Below are positions 34,285-48,199 of a DNA stretch of 64,000 bases, one piece after another; the stretch's first letter is position 1, and the number at the start of each line of letters is the position of its first letter. Location: the NCBI RefSeq assembly GCF_032444005.1, contig NC_091291.1, positions 22,692,001 through 22,756,000 of the forward strand, written 5' to 3'. Both the position numbers and the translations under genes were made by a program. This stretch comes from Ranitomeya imitator. Its lineage: Eukaryota. The notes beneath the pieces are model-generated. The model was not told where the DNA came from. It made no database searches and saw only the letters and a program-made list of their open reading frames with translations.

Positions 34285-35703
34285 ACTTAAAGCAGACATT
34301 ATTTTATAGTTTAGCTAAAAAAGGTGATGGGAGGAAAGCAGAGATGATGTAGCTCTGTAGCAGAAAACCGGTGCTTAAACCATTACAGAGAATTTTGGAC
34401 CTAAAAAGAGTAAAAAAAATTAATTTATAGATAAATCGATAGTACAAGCGAATAAAAGAAACCTTGTAGTACATTTTATACGAGAAATCTGCTTCTTTCT
34501 CCACTTATGAGCCACATTCTCACCTGCCTCCTCAACTCATCATTCACACATTCTGTGAAAATCTGCATTGGTTAAGATAAATAGACTTACAGCTCACCGA
34601 GACTTCAGACTGCAGCTGCCAGTATAGAGGAAAAGAAAAGAATGCAATAAGCAGAGATGGCACTGCTGTTTTCTAGTAAGTGGTTTATCTAATGCCAGTG
34701 CTGGATTCACAGGTACACTACTCAGTACTGCTGTATAACATCATCAATATTTCGTCTCTGCTGTCAAATGAGTATTTTATCTGACTACAATTATGGATTC
34801 ACAGCTACACTGTCCAATACCGCTGTAAAAAGTCATCCCTGCTTCATCTTTCTAGTGTTTTTTTTTTTACCACAATGACAGATTCACAGCTACATTGTCC
34901 AGTATTGCTTTATAAAGTCATCCATGCTGCCGCTTTCTAGTAAGTGTTTTATCTCTTTAAAGTGCTGTATTCACAGCTACACTGTCCAGTGCTGTTGAAT
35001 AAACTCCACCATTTTGCCTCTTTCTAATGTGTTATAGTTCATCACAGTACTAGATTCACAGCTACACTGTCCAGTACTGCTTTATAAAGTCCGCTATACT
35101 GCTTCTTTATAATAACTGTTTATTGCACCACAGTGTTGGATGCATGATTAAACTGCACAATGCTGTTATATAAAGTGTCATCCATGCTGCAAATTTCTAC
35201 TAAGTGATTTATCACACCACAGTGCTGGATTCACATATACACTGTCCACTACTGCTGTTTAGTTATCCATCCTGCTGTTTTCTAGTAAGTGTTTCATCTC
35301 ACCACAATAGTGGATTCACACCTACAGTGTTCAGTACTTATGTATGAAATAATCGATACAGTTACTTTCTAGTAATGTTTTATCTCACCCACAGGTGGAT
35401 TTACAGCTACAATGCTCAGCACTGATCTCTAATATCCTCCATGCTGCTTTTGAACATGTTATATAGAAATTGGAGAGCAGGAATCCCTTATAACAGCTAG
35501 TCTACACCCACTAGGTTAGAAAAAAACTAAGAAAAGGGGCCAGAACCTGCAGAGGGGGAAATGTTAAAAAAGAGGTAAGTACAAGTCATATAATGGCTAG
35601 AAATAGCGATACTCCACATGTGCTCACACAGGAAAACTTATACATAAAAAAGTCACTTAAAAGGGTATTCTCATTATTCCCAGGTGCAGAATGAATTACT
35701 CAC

Positions 35704-35869
35704 CGCTCCCGTTGACTTTGGTACATATGTTTTTAGTACAAGTTTGCCACAATCCCATATGGAACAAGTCAGACCCAAAGCCAACCAACCAGAAGTCAGT
35801 GAGGATCCCGGTGAGGAGGAGAATGAAGCCGAGACTGGAGCAGCAGAGGCCAAAAATATTCATCAACAT
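35704..35869 (-). CDS. NKG7: NKG7-like gene, first coding exon (MLMNIFGLCCSSLG...TDFW...HMGLWQTCTKNIC...), absent from the ORF track
   Basis: ATG at 35869, 166 nt, donor G|gtgagt at 35703; PMP22/claudin W-GLW-C-C signature; the four exons total 501 nt = 166 aa plus stop. Family call is firm; the NKG7 versus LIM2-like name is less so. Confidence 0.8.
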
Positions 35870-35984
35870 GATTCACTGTGAGTCAAACGCAGAACCTGCA
35901 AAACCTTGGAGAGAGACAGAGAGATAGCGGTAATATTACATCCAACATGAGATGGTATAACGGTACGTACAAAATGGAGCAGTA

Positions 35985-38900
35985 TTATAGTAGTTATATT
36001 CTTGTACATAGGAGCAGTATTATAGTAGTTATATTCTTGTACATAGGAACAGTATTATAGTAGTTATATTCTTGTACATAGGAGCAGTACTATAGTAGTT
36101 ATATTCTTGTACATAGGAGCAATATTATAGTAGTTATATTCTTGTACATAGGGGCTGTATTATAGTAGTTATATTCTTGTACATAGGGGACAGTATTATA
36201 GTAGTTATATTCTTGTATATAGGAGCAGTATTATAGTAGCTATATTCGTGTACATAGGAGCAGTATTATAGTAGCTATATTCTTGTACATAGGAGCAGTA
36301 TTATAGTAGTTATATTCTTGTACATGGGGGCAGTATTATAGTAGTTATATTCTTGTACATAGGAGCAGTATTATAGTAGTTATATTCCTGTACATAGGAC
36401 GCAGTATTATAGTAGTTATATTCTTGTACATAGGAGCAGTATTATAGTAGTTATATTCTTGTACATAGGGGCTGTATTATAGTAGTTATATTCTTGTACA
36501 TAGGGGACAGTATTATAGTAGTTATATTCTTGTACATAGGAGCAGTATTATAGTAGTTATATTCTTGTACATAGGGGCTGTATTATAGTAGTTATATTCT
36601 TGTACATAGGGGACAGTATTATAGTAGTTATATTCTTGTACATAGGAGCAGTATTATAGTAGTTATATTCTTGTACATAGGAGCAGTATTATAGTAGTTA
36701 TATTCTTGTACATAGGAGCAGTATTATAGTAGTTATATTCTTGTACATAGGGGCAGTATTATAGTAGTTATATTCTTGTACATAGGGGCAGTATTATAGT
36801 AGTTATATTCTTGTACATAGGAGCAGTATTATAGTAGTTATATTCTTGTACATAGGAACAGTATTATAGTAGTTATATTCTTGTACATAGGGGCAGTATT
36901 ATAGTAGTTATTTTCTTGTACATAGGGGGCAGTATTATAGTAGTGATATTCTTGTACATAGGAGCAGTATTATAGTAGTTATATTCTTGCACATAGTGGC
37001 AGTATTATAGTAGTTATATTCTTGTACATAGGAGCAGTATTATAGTAGTTATATTCTTGCACATAGGGGCAGTATTATAGTAGTTATATTCTTGTACATA
37101 GGAGCAGTATTATAGTAGTTATATTCTTGTACATAGGGGGCAGTATTATAGTAGTTATATTCTTGTACATAGGAGCAGTATTATAGTAGTTATATTCTTG
37201 TACATAGGGGGTAGTATTATAGTAGTTATATTCTTGTACATAGGAGCAGTATTATAGTAGTTATATTCTTGCACATAGTGGCAGTATTATAGTAGTTATA
37301 TTCTTGTACATAGGAGCAGTATTATAGTAGTTATATTCTTGTACATAGGAACAGTATTATAGTAGTTATATTCTTGCACATAGGGGCAGTATTATAGTAG
37401 TTATATTCTTGTACATAGGAGCAGTATTATAGTAGTTATATTCTTGTACATAGGAACAGTATTATAGTAGTTATATTCTTGTACATAGGGGCAGTATTAT
37501 AGTAGTTATATTCTTGTACATAGGAGCAGTATTATAGTAGTTATATTCTTGTACATAGGGGCTGTATTATAGTAGTTATATTCTTGTACATAGGGGACAG
37601 TATTATAGTAGTTATATTCTTGTATATAGGAGCAGTATTATAGTAGTTATATTCTTGTACATAGGAGCAGTATTATAGTAGTTATATTCTTGTACATAGG
37701 AGCAGTATTATAGTAGTTATATTCTTGTACATAGGGGCAGTATTATAGTAGTTATATTCTTGTACATAGGGGCAGTATTATAGTAGTTATATTCTTGTAC
37801 ATAGGAGCAGTATTATAGTAGTTACATTCTTGTACATAGGAGCAGTATTATAGTAGTTATATTCTTGTACATAGGAACAGTATTATAGTAGTTATATTCT
37901 TGTACATAGGGGGCAGTATTATAGTAGTTATATTCTTGTACATAGGAGCAGTATTATAGTTGTTATATTCTTGTACATAGGGGCAGTATTATAGTAGTTA
38001 TATTCTTGTACATAGGGGCAGTATTATAGTAGTTATATTCTTGCACATAGGGGCAGTATTATAGTAGTTATATTCTTGTACATAGGGGCAGTATTATAGT
38101 AGTTATATTCTTGTACATAGGAGCAGTATTATAGTAGTTATATTCTTGTACATAGGGGGCAGTATTATAGTAGTTATATTCTTGTACATAGGAGCAGTAT
38201 TATAGTTGTTATATTCTTGTACATAGGGGCAGTATTATAGTAGTTATATTCTTGTACATAGGGGCAGTATTATAGTAGTTATATTCTTGCACATAGGGGC
38301 AGTATTATAGTAGTTATATTCTTGTACATAGGGGCAGTATTATAGTAGTTATATTCTTGTACATAGGAGCAGTATTATAGTAGTTATATTCTTGTACATA
38401 GGAACAGTATTATAGTAGTTATATTCTTGCACATAGGGGCAGTATTATAGTAGTTATATTCTTGTACATAGGAGCAGTATTATAGTTGTTATATTCTTGT
38501 ACATAGGGGCAGTATTATAGTAGTTATATTCTTGTATATAGGAGCAGTATTATAGTAGTTATATTCTTGTACATAGGAGCAGTATTATAGTAGTTATATT
38601 CTTGTACATAGGGGGCAGTATTATAGTAGTTATATTCTTGTACATAGGAGCAGTATTATAGTTGTTATATTCTTGTACATAGGGGCAGTATTATAGTAGT
38701 TATATTCTTGTACATAGGGGCAGTATTATAGTAGTTATATTCTTGCACATAGGGGCAGTATTATAGTAGTTATATTCTTGTACATAGGGGCAGTATTATA
38801 GTAGTTATATTCTTGTACATAGGAGCAGTATTATAGTAGTTATATTCTTGTACATAGGAACAGTATTATAGTAGTTATATTCTTGCACATAGGGGCAGTA

Positions 38901-40215
38901 TTATAGTAGTTATATTCTTGTACATAGGAGCAGTATTATAGTTGTTATATTCTTGTACATAGGGGCAGTATTATAGTAGTTATATTCTTGTACATAGGAG
39001 CAGTATTATAGTAGTTATATTCTTGTACATAGGGGACAGTATTATAGTAGTTATATTCTTGTACATAGGAGCAGTATTATAGTAGTTATATTCTTGTATA
39101 TAGGGAGCAGTATTATAGTAGTTATATTCTTGTACATAGGAGCAGTATTATAGTAGTTATATTCTTGTACATAGGGGACAGTATTATAGTAGTTATATTC
39201 TTGTACATAGGAGCAGTATTATAGTAGTTATATTCTTGTACATAGGAGCAGTATTATAGTAGTTATATTCTTGTATATAGGGAGCAGTATTATAGTAGTT
39301 ATATTCTTGTACATAGGAGCAGTATTATAGTAGTTATATTCTTGTACATAGGGGACAGTATTATAGTAGTTATATTCTTGTACATAGGGGCAGTATTATA
39401 GTAGTTATATTCTTGTACATAGGGGCACTATTATAGTAGTTATATTCTTGTATATAGGAGCAGTATTATAGTAGTTATATTCTTGTACATAGGGGCAGTA
39501 TTATAGTAGTTATATTCTTGTACATGGGGGCAGTATTATAGTAGTTATATTCTTGTACATAGGAGCAGTATTATAGTAGTTATATTCTTGTACATAGGGG
39601 CTGTATTATAGTAGTTATATTCTTGTACATAGGAGCAGTATTATAGTAGTTATATTCTTGTACATAGGGGACAGTATTATAGTAGTTATATTCTTGTACA
39701 TAGGAGCAGTATTATAGTAGTTATATTCTTGTACATAGGGGCAGTATTATAGTAGCTATATTCTTGTACATAGGGGCACTATTATAGTAGTTATATTCTT
39801 GTACATAGGGGCAGTATTATAGTAGTTATATTCTTGTACATAGGAGCAGTATTATAGTAGTTATATTCTTGTACATAGGGGCAGTATTATAGTAGTTATA
39901 TTCTTGTACATAGGGGCAGTATTATAGTAGTTATATTCTTGTACATAGGGGCAGTATTATAGTAGTTATATTCTTGTACATAGGGGCAGTATTATAGTAG
40001 TTATATTCTTGTACATAGGGGCAGTATTATAGTAGTTATATTCTTGTACATAGGGGCTGTATTATAGTAGTTATATTCTTGTACATAGGGGCAGTATTAT
40101 AGTAGTTATATTCTTGTACATAGGGGCAGTATTATAGTAGTTATATTCTTGTACATAGGGGCACTATTATAGTAGTTATATTCTTGTACATAGGGGCAGT
40201 ATTGTAGTAGTTCTG
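35985..40215. repeat. 35-bp AT-rich satellite ggagcagtattatagtagttatattcttgtacata, about 120 copies
   Basis: Direct periodicity; begins about 115 nt upstream of the NKG7-like ATG. Confidence 0.98.
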
Positions 40216-41359
40216 TATATTATAGTAGTACTATTAATAGTGATATCCCCAGTGGTCGCAGTAGCTCTTTACGGTACGTGCAGCATCTGAGCTCTTTGCA
40301 TTTGTCCGCACATGAATGTTGGAGACTTATGTGTCACACAGAAGCCACAGATCACACAGGATGTGCCGCTTTTTGTGTCTTTTATTCTCAGTATGTCTCT
40401 ATAGTTTCAGTTATTATCTGTATATAGAAATAACAATTGTATCAAGGTGAGGGTGCGAGATACAGATGTAGCAGAGCTGATTTTGTCATCGCTCCTGGTC
40501 TTACGCCCTCATACATACACATCTTATAATAAATCCTCGTTGCCCCCAGTATGTCATGTCCATACACCCAGTGATAATAATACGCTATAATATTCTGACC
40601 GCCGTTTTGCCCAGTGAAGGATAAGCTGCTTTACTCATGAGAATATCGTCCGGATATTACAGCAAGCAGAGATCCTGAAAATGGCGCGCGGCTCATATGT
40701 AAAGCGTCAGAATGTTGCATTATGAAATAATAAAAAAATAATAATTTCCTTTTTGTAGGAATGATAGAATATGTGGGGACGATTCCTAGATTTCGCATTC
40801 TGGCACCTTATGAGAGTTGCGATTCCCCCCTCTTCCCGCACTCCGGACCATCCATTAATAATGGGCACATGTCAATTTGGCCCCAGTCCTAGGAATTGGG
40901 GTACACGCTCCTCCATGCGCCCCTCAATTATACCCCATTCAGCTTTTCTCTGCCGTTTATTATAGTGATGTAGCAGAGCTGAGCTTGTTACGGTAACGCA
41001 GTCCTATGTAAAACCTTGGATGTAAGGAGATGCGCCCATTAATATGCTCAGCTCTGCTACATCCCCTTGTGCTCAGTATATAGCTCATAGTCACCTCTTT
41101 CCGGGGAGCGTGGAGGCCGTTCTTCTGCTTCCTGAGCGATGAGGCTGGTAAATGTGACTCTGCTGAGAACGCCGTCACCTTAAAGGTGTGAGATATGAGG
41201 GTGGTCTTTCTGTTTATGTTCCAGGAAGCCCCACAAAGTGCGGCCGCAGAAGCAGCATAACCGGTAAAAAAAAAAATCACATCACTGCAGCATTATAAAT
41301 ATTGTTCATCCAGGGCCTCCTTGTTCATGAACGGAATGCCAGATTACAGTGGAAGAGAC

Positions 41360-41770
41360 ACATTGCTTCTAAAGGTGTAACAAAAAGTCACGCAATGGAT
41401 AGAAATGGATAGAGCTTGTAGAGACGAGCACTCTTGCAATCTACTGCTTAATAAAATTTGCAGCCATTCTTGAGATATTAACACTTTTCTTTTTTCTTTT
41501 TTTTTTTTTTACAGCTCGTCGCTTTGGAGACCGACCACCGTAAGCTGTAGCGATCCTGGCCAGTTGCAAAACAGCGCTAACAGACGCAACAGAAAAAGGG
41601 CTTGTAAGCGCTGCTGCGGTGGTCGGTCTCCAAGGCAACGAGCTGTAAACAAAATTTAAAAAGTGTTAATATCTCAGGAACGGCTGCAACTTTTAAGAAG
41701 CAGTAAATTGCAAAAGTGCTCGTCTTTACAAGCTCTGACAGCATCCATATATCAAGATGAGAGTAACCCT
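41360..41770. mobile_element. T2-type MITE, same family as 1714-2025
   Basis: Long internal inverted arms (gagatattaacactt...acagctcgtcgctttggagaccgaccacc and complement). Confidence 0.65.
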
Positions 41771-44700
41771 TATCCTATAACAGGGAAGACCAAAGAACCC
41801 CCATAACAGAGATGGCCAAAGGGTCTCCATAACAGGGATGGCCAAAGGGCCCCCATAACAGGGATGGCCAAAGGGCCCCCATAACAGGGATGTCCAAAGG
41901 ACCTCCATAACAGAGATGGCCAAAGGACCCCCATAACAGAGATGGCCAAAGGACCCCCATAACAGGGATGGCCAAAGGACCCCCATAACAGAGCTGGCCA
42001 AAGGACCCCCATAACAGAGCTGGCTAAAGGACCCCTATAACAGAGATAGCAAAAGAACCCCCATAACAGGGATGGCCAAAGGACCCCCATAACAGAAATG
42101 GCCAAAGGACCCCCATAACAGAGCTGGCCAAAGGACCCCCATAACAGATGGCCAAAGGGCCCCCATAACAGAGATGGCCAAAGGGCCCCCATAACAGAGA
42201 TGGCCAAAGGGCCCCCATAACAGAGATGGCCAAAGGGCCCCCATAACAGAAATGGCCAAAGGACCCCCATAACAGGGATGGCCAAAGGACCCCCATGATA
42301 GAAAGGGCCCCCATAACAGAGATGGCCAAATGGCCCCCATAACAGAGCTGGCTAAAGGGCCCCCATATCAGAGATGGCTAAAGGACCCCCATAACAGAGA
42401 TGACCAAAGGACCCCCATGACAGAGATGGCTAAAGGACCCCCATAACAGAGATGGCTAAAGGGCCCCCATAACAGAGATGGCCAAAGGGCCCCCATAACA
42501 GAGATGGCCAAAGGGCCCCCATAACAGAGATGGCCAAAGGACCCCATAACAGAGCTGGCCAAAGGACCCCCATAACAGGGATGGCCAAAGGACCCCCATA
42601 ACAGAGATGGCCAAAGGACCCCATAACAGGGATGGCCAAAGGGCCCCCCATAACAGAGATGACCAAAGGGCCCCAATAACAGAGATGGCCAACGGGCCCC
42701 CATAACAGAGATAGCCACAGGCTAAAGGGCCCCCATAACAGAGATGGCCAAAGGGCCCCATAACAGGGATGGCCAAAGGACCCCCATAACAGAGATAGCA
42801 AAAGGACCCCCCATCACAGAGATGGCCAAAGGACCCCCATAACAGAGATGGCCAAAGGACCCCCATAAAGGGGCTGGCTAAAGGGGCCCCATAACAGAGA
42901 TGGCCAAAAGGCCCCCATAACAGAGATGGCCAAAGGACCCCATAACAGGGATGGCCAAAGGACCCCCATGACAGAGCTGGCTAAAGGGCTCTCATAACAG
43001 AGATGGCCAAAGGGCCCCAATAACAGAGATGGCCAAAGGGCCCCCATAACCGAGATGGCCACAGGCTAAAGGGCCCCCATAACAGAGATGGCTAAAGGGC
43101 CCCCATAACAGAGATGGCAAAAGGACCCCCCATAACAGAGATGGCCAAAGGACCCCCATAACAGAGATGGCTAACGGACCCCCATAACAGAGCTGGCTAA
43201 AGAGCCCCCATAACAGAGATGGCCAAAGGACCCCCATAACAGATGGCTAAAGGGCCCCCATAACAGAGATGGCCAAAGTGCCCCATAACAGGGATGGCCA
43301 AAGGGCCCCCCATAACAGAGATGGCCAAAGGGCCCCAATAACAGAGATGGCCAACGGGCCCCCATAACAGAGATGGCCACAGGCTAAAGGGCCCCCATAA
43401 CAGAGATGGCCAAAGGGCCCCATAACAGGGATGGCCAAAGGACCCCCATAACAGAGATAGCAAAAGGACCCCCCATAACAGAGATGGCCAAAGGACCCAC
43501 ATAACAGAGATGGCCAAAGGACCCCCATGACAGAGCTGGCTAAAGGGCTCTCATAACAGAGATGGCCAAAGGGCCCCAATAACAGAGATGGCCAAAGGGC
43601 CCCCATAACCGAGATGGCCACAGGCTAAAGGGCCCCCATAACAGAGATGGCTAAAGGGCCCCCATAACAGAGATGGCAAAAGGACCCCCCATAACAGAGA
43701 TGGCCAAAGGACCCCCATAACAGAGATGGCTAACGGACCCCCATAACAGAGCTGGCTAAAGAGCCCCCATAACAGAGATGGCCAAAGGACCCCCATAACA
43801 GATGGCTAAAGGGCCCCCATAACAGAGATGGCCAAAGTGCCCCATAACAGGGATGGCCAAAGGGCCCCCCATAACAGAGATGGCCAAAGGGCCCCAATAA
43901 CAGAGATGGCCAACGGGCCCCCATAACAGAGATGGCCACAGGCTAAAGGGCCCCCATAACAGAGATGGCCAAAGGGCCCCATAACAGGGATGGCCAAAGG
44001 ACCCCCATAACAGAGATAGCAAAAGGACCCCCCATAACAGAGATGGCCAAAGGACCCCCATAACAGAGATGGCCAAAGGACCCCCATAACAGAGCTGGCT
44101 AAAGGGGCCCCATAACAGAGATGGCCAAAAGGCCCCCATAACAGAGATGGCCAAAGGACCCCATAACAGGGATGGCCAAAGGACCCACATAACAGAGATG
44201 GCCAAAGGACCCCCATGACAGAGCTGGCTAAAGGGCTCTCATAACAGATGGCCAAAGGGCCCCAATAACAGAGATGACCAAAGGGCCCCCATAACAGAGA
44301 TGGCCACAGGCTAAAGGGCCCCCATAACAGAGATAGCTAAAGGGCCCCCATAACAGAGATGGCAAAAGGACCCCCCATAACAGAGATGGCCAAAGGACCC
44401 CCATAACAGAGATGGCCAAAGGACCCCCATAACAGAGCTGGCTAAAGGGGCCCCATAACAGAGATGGCCAAAGGGCCCCATAACAGAGATGGCCAAAAGG
44501 CCCCCATAACAGAGATGGCCAAAGGACCCCCATAACAGAGATGGCCAAAGGACCCCCATAACAGAGATGGCTAACGGACCCCCATAACAGAGCTGGCTAA
44601 AGAGCCCCCATAACAGAGATGGCCAAAGGACCCCCATAACAGATGGCTAAAGGGCCCCCATAACAGAGATGGCCAAAGGGCCCCCATAACAGAGATGGCT

Positions 44701-45830
44701 AAAGGGCTCCCATAACAGAGATGGCCAAAGGACCCCCATAACAGAGCTGGCTAAAGGACCCCCATAACAGAGATGGCTAAAGGGCCCCCATAACAGAGAT
44801 GGCTATAGGGCCCCCATAACAGAGATGGCTATAGGGCCCCCATAACAGAGATGGCTAAAGGGCTCCCATAACAGAGATGGCCAAAGGACCCCCATAACAG
44901 AGATGGCTAAAGGGCCCCCATAACAGAGATGGCTAAAGGGCCCCCATAACAGAGATGGCCAAAGGGCCCCCATAACAGAGCTGGCTAAAGGACCCCCATA
45001 ACAGGGATGGCCAAAGGACCCCCATAACAGAGATGGCCAAAGGGCCCCCATAACAGGGATGGCCAAAGGACCCCCATAACAGAGCTGGCTAAAGGGCCCC
45101 CATAACAGAGATGGCCAAAGGGCCCCCATAACAGGGATGGCCAAAGGACCCCCATAACAGAGCTGGCTAAAGGGCCCCCATAACAGAGATGGCTAAAGGG
45201 CCCCCATAACAGATGGCCAAATGGCCCCCATAACAGAGATGGCCAAAGGACCCCCATAACAGAGCTGGCTAAAGGGCCCCCATAACAGAGATGGCTAAAG
45301 GGCCCCCATAACAGAGATGGCTAAAGGGCCCCCATAACAGATGGCCAAAGGACCCCATAACAGGGATGGCCAAAGGACCCCCATAACAGAGCTGGCTAAA
45401 GGGCCCCCATAACAGAGATGGCTAAAGGGCTTCCATAACAGAGATGGCCAAAGGGCCCCCATAACAGGGATGGCCAAAGGACCCCCATAACAGAGCTGGC
45501 TAAAGGGCCCCCATAACAGAGATGGCTAAAGGGCTCCCATAACAGGGATGGCCAAAGGACCCCCATAACAGAGCTGGCTAAAGGGCCCCCATAACAGAGA
45601 TGGCCAAAGGGCCCCCATAACAGGGATGGCCAAAGGACCCCCATAACAGAGCTGGCTAAAGGGCCCCCATAACAGATGGCCAAAGGACCCCCATAACAGA
45701 GCTGGCTAAAGGGCCCCCATAACAGAGATGGCCAAAGGGCCCCCATAACAGATGGCCAAATGGCCCCCATAACAGAGATGGCCAAAGGACCCCATAACAG
45801 CTGGTAGAGCCCCCATAACAGAGCTGGCAG
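41770..45830. repeat. 26-bp satellite ggacccccataacagagatggccaaa with higher-order blocks
   Basis: Direct periodicity; identical translations at 42992-43237 and 43551-43796 show a 559-bp block duplication. Confidence 0.97.
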
Positions 45831-46054
45831 AGCCCCCAGTGTCAGTGCCAGACAGTGATTTGCTCGGTATAATGTGTGATAATATGAGACAGAACATTGT
45901 GTAAATCTACAGAAGTTACAGGGAAACTGCTACAATGTTGCAATATTTCCTTCCACCATTATTCCATCCTGTGATGTTCTGGGGCAGAGAAAGCCGCTGA
46001 TACTGGAAACCCACAGGACCAGCGAGGTGCGAGGTAAGCGGACCCCCTACATTA

Positions 46055-47490
46055 TCACTGCTATGTTTCTATGGACCCCCATTTACAATGACTGATAACA
46101 CCTATATACAGTAGATAACACAGGATCCACCATTCACAATAGGTGATGTCACAGCTCACCTCCTCCTCCTGTACAATGAATGATAATACCTCTATATACA
46201 GTAGATAACACAGGATCCACCATTCACAATAGGTGATATCACAGCTCACCTCCTCCTCCTGTACAATGTCTAATAACACCTCTATATACCGTAGATAACA
46301 CAGGATCCACCATTCACAATAGGTGATGTCACAGCTCACCTCCTCCTCCTGTACAATGACCGATAACACCTCTATATACAGTAAAGGATCCACCATTCAC
46401 AATAGGTGATATCTCAGCTCACCTCCTCCTCCTGTACAATGACTGATAACACCTCTATATACAGTAGATAACAGGATCCACCATTCACAATAGGTGATGT
46501 CACAGCTCACCTACTCCTCCTGTACAATGAATGATAATACCTCTATATACAGTAGATAACACAGGATCCACCATTCACAATAGGTGATATCACAGCTCAC
46601 CTCCTCCTCCTGTACAATGTCTAATAACACCTCTATATACCGTAGATAACACAGGATCCACCATTCACAATAGGTGATGTCACAGCTCACCTCCTCCTCC
46701 TGTACAATGACCGATAACACCTCTATATACAGTAAAGGATCCACCATTCACAATAGGTGATATCTCAGCTCACCTCCTCCTCCTGTACAATGACTGATAA
46801 CACCTCTATATACAGTAGATAACAGGATCCACCATTCACAATAGGTGATGTCACAGCTCACCTCCTCCTCCTGTACAATGACTGATAACACCTCTATATA
46901 CAGTAGATAACAGGATCCACCATTCACAATAGGTGGTCACAGCTCACCTCCTCCTACTGTACAATGACTGATAACCCCTCTATATACAGTAGACAACACA
47001 GGATCCACCATTCACAATAGGTGATGTCACAGCTCACCTCCTCCTCCTGTACAATGACTGATAACACCTCTATATACAGTAGATTACACAGGATCCACCA
47101 TACACAATAGGTGATGTCACAGCTCACCTCCTCCTCCTGTACAATGACTGAGAACACCTCTATATACAGTAGATAACACAGGGTCCACCATTCACAATAG
47201 GTGATGTCACAGCTCACCTCCTCCTCCTGTACAATGACTGATAACACCTCTATATACAGTAGATTACACAGGATCCACCATACACAATAGGTGATGTCAC
47301 AGCTCACCTCCTCCTCCTGTACAATGACTGATAACACCTATATACAGTAGATAACACAGGATCCACCATTCACAATAGGTGATGTCACAGCTCACCTCCT
47401 CCTCCTGTACAATGACCGATAACACCTCTATATACAGTAGATAAAGGATCCACCATTCACAATAGGTGATATCACAGCTCACCTCCTCCT
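46055..47490. repeat. About 90-bp satellite filling the 5' intron of claudin-domain gene B
   Basis: 30-aa periodic ORFs; the array ends at the acceptor at 47504. Confidence 0.96.
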
Positions 47491-47517
47491 TCTCCCTTTT
47501 TCAGGTGATCGGGCGAC

Positions 47518-47704
47518 ATGTCCTGGCAGTCTAAGCTCCTGACCTACGTGGTGATCCTGCTGCTCATTGGCACCAGCGTGCTGGCGATCACCGCCATGGT
47601 GTCCAGTTACTGGGGGCGAGTCCCATCTCAGTCCTTACACTTCGGATTGACGATAATTTGTGACGACAATGAGACGTGTTCCTCCAGGACACTCATCGGA
47701 GCAG
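47518..47704 (+). CDS. PMP22/claudin-domain paralog B, coding exon 1 (MSWQSKLLTY...SSYW...HFGLTIICDDNETC...)
   Basis: Acceptor ctttttcag at 47504, gacATG at 47518, 187 nt, donor G|gtaagg; probable non-coding upstream exon ending at GAG|gtaagc 46033. Confidence 0.8.
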
Positions 47705-47884
47705 GTAAGGAGAACACAACCCTCATCATCTTCATCTTGGTTATAAAGTGACTTATTTCCTCTCTTTGCAGCCACTAGGTGGCGCTATCAACAATGACTA
47801 TAGGCCACTTAGGGGCTTTGGTTGCTGGGGATTATTAGAATTTTTGGGTGCAGGGTCAGTGACCCCTCATTTCTGTCTTCACAG

Positions 47885-48013
47885 ATGATGTCCTGAACCT
47901 CCTGATCACCGCTTTCATCTTTTCCGCTGTTCTCTCGATGACTTGTGGCATTATGGAACTGATCAGGACCTTTGCTTGCTTTGCTCTGCTAGGTGGATGT
48001 TCTTTGCTCATAA
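47885..48013 (+). CDS. Paralog B, exon 2 (DDVLNLLITAFIFSAVLSMTCGIMELIRTFACFALLGGCSLLI)
   Basis: 129 nt, phase 1/1; tcttcacag acceptor, A|gtaagt donor; hydrophobic. Confidence 0.8.
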
Positions 48014-48199
48014 GTAAGTGCACAAGCAAAAACGACTTGTAAAAATCTCAGTTGCCTGCTGTCGCCACTAGGGGGAGCTCTATTAGTCTATTCCTGTCTA
48101 TCCATGTACGAATGTCTAAACATCGCCCTCTAGTGGAGGCAACAGGAAACACAGGTTTTTTTAAATTGGAAAATCGGAGTGGTGTCTGTGGTTATCAGA

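Noticed and set aside
35985-40215. Regular 35-bp repeats as a CRISPR-like array
   Set aside because: Head-to-tail units with no unique spacers, eukaryotic context and no cas genes.
41726-45897. Many hydrophobic ORFs resembling membrane proteins
   Set aside because: Translations of a 26-bp satellite with constant frame changes.
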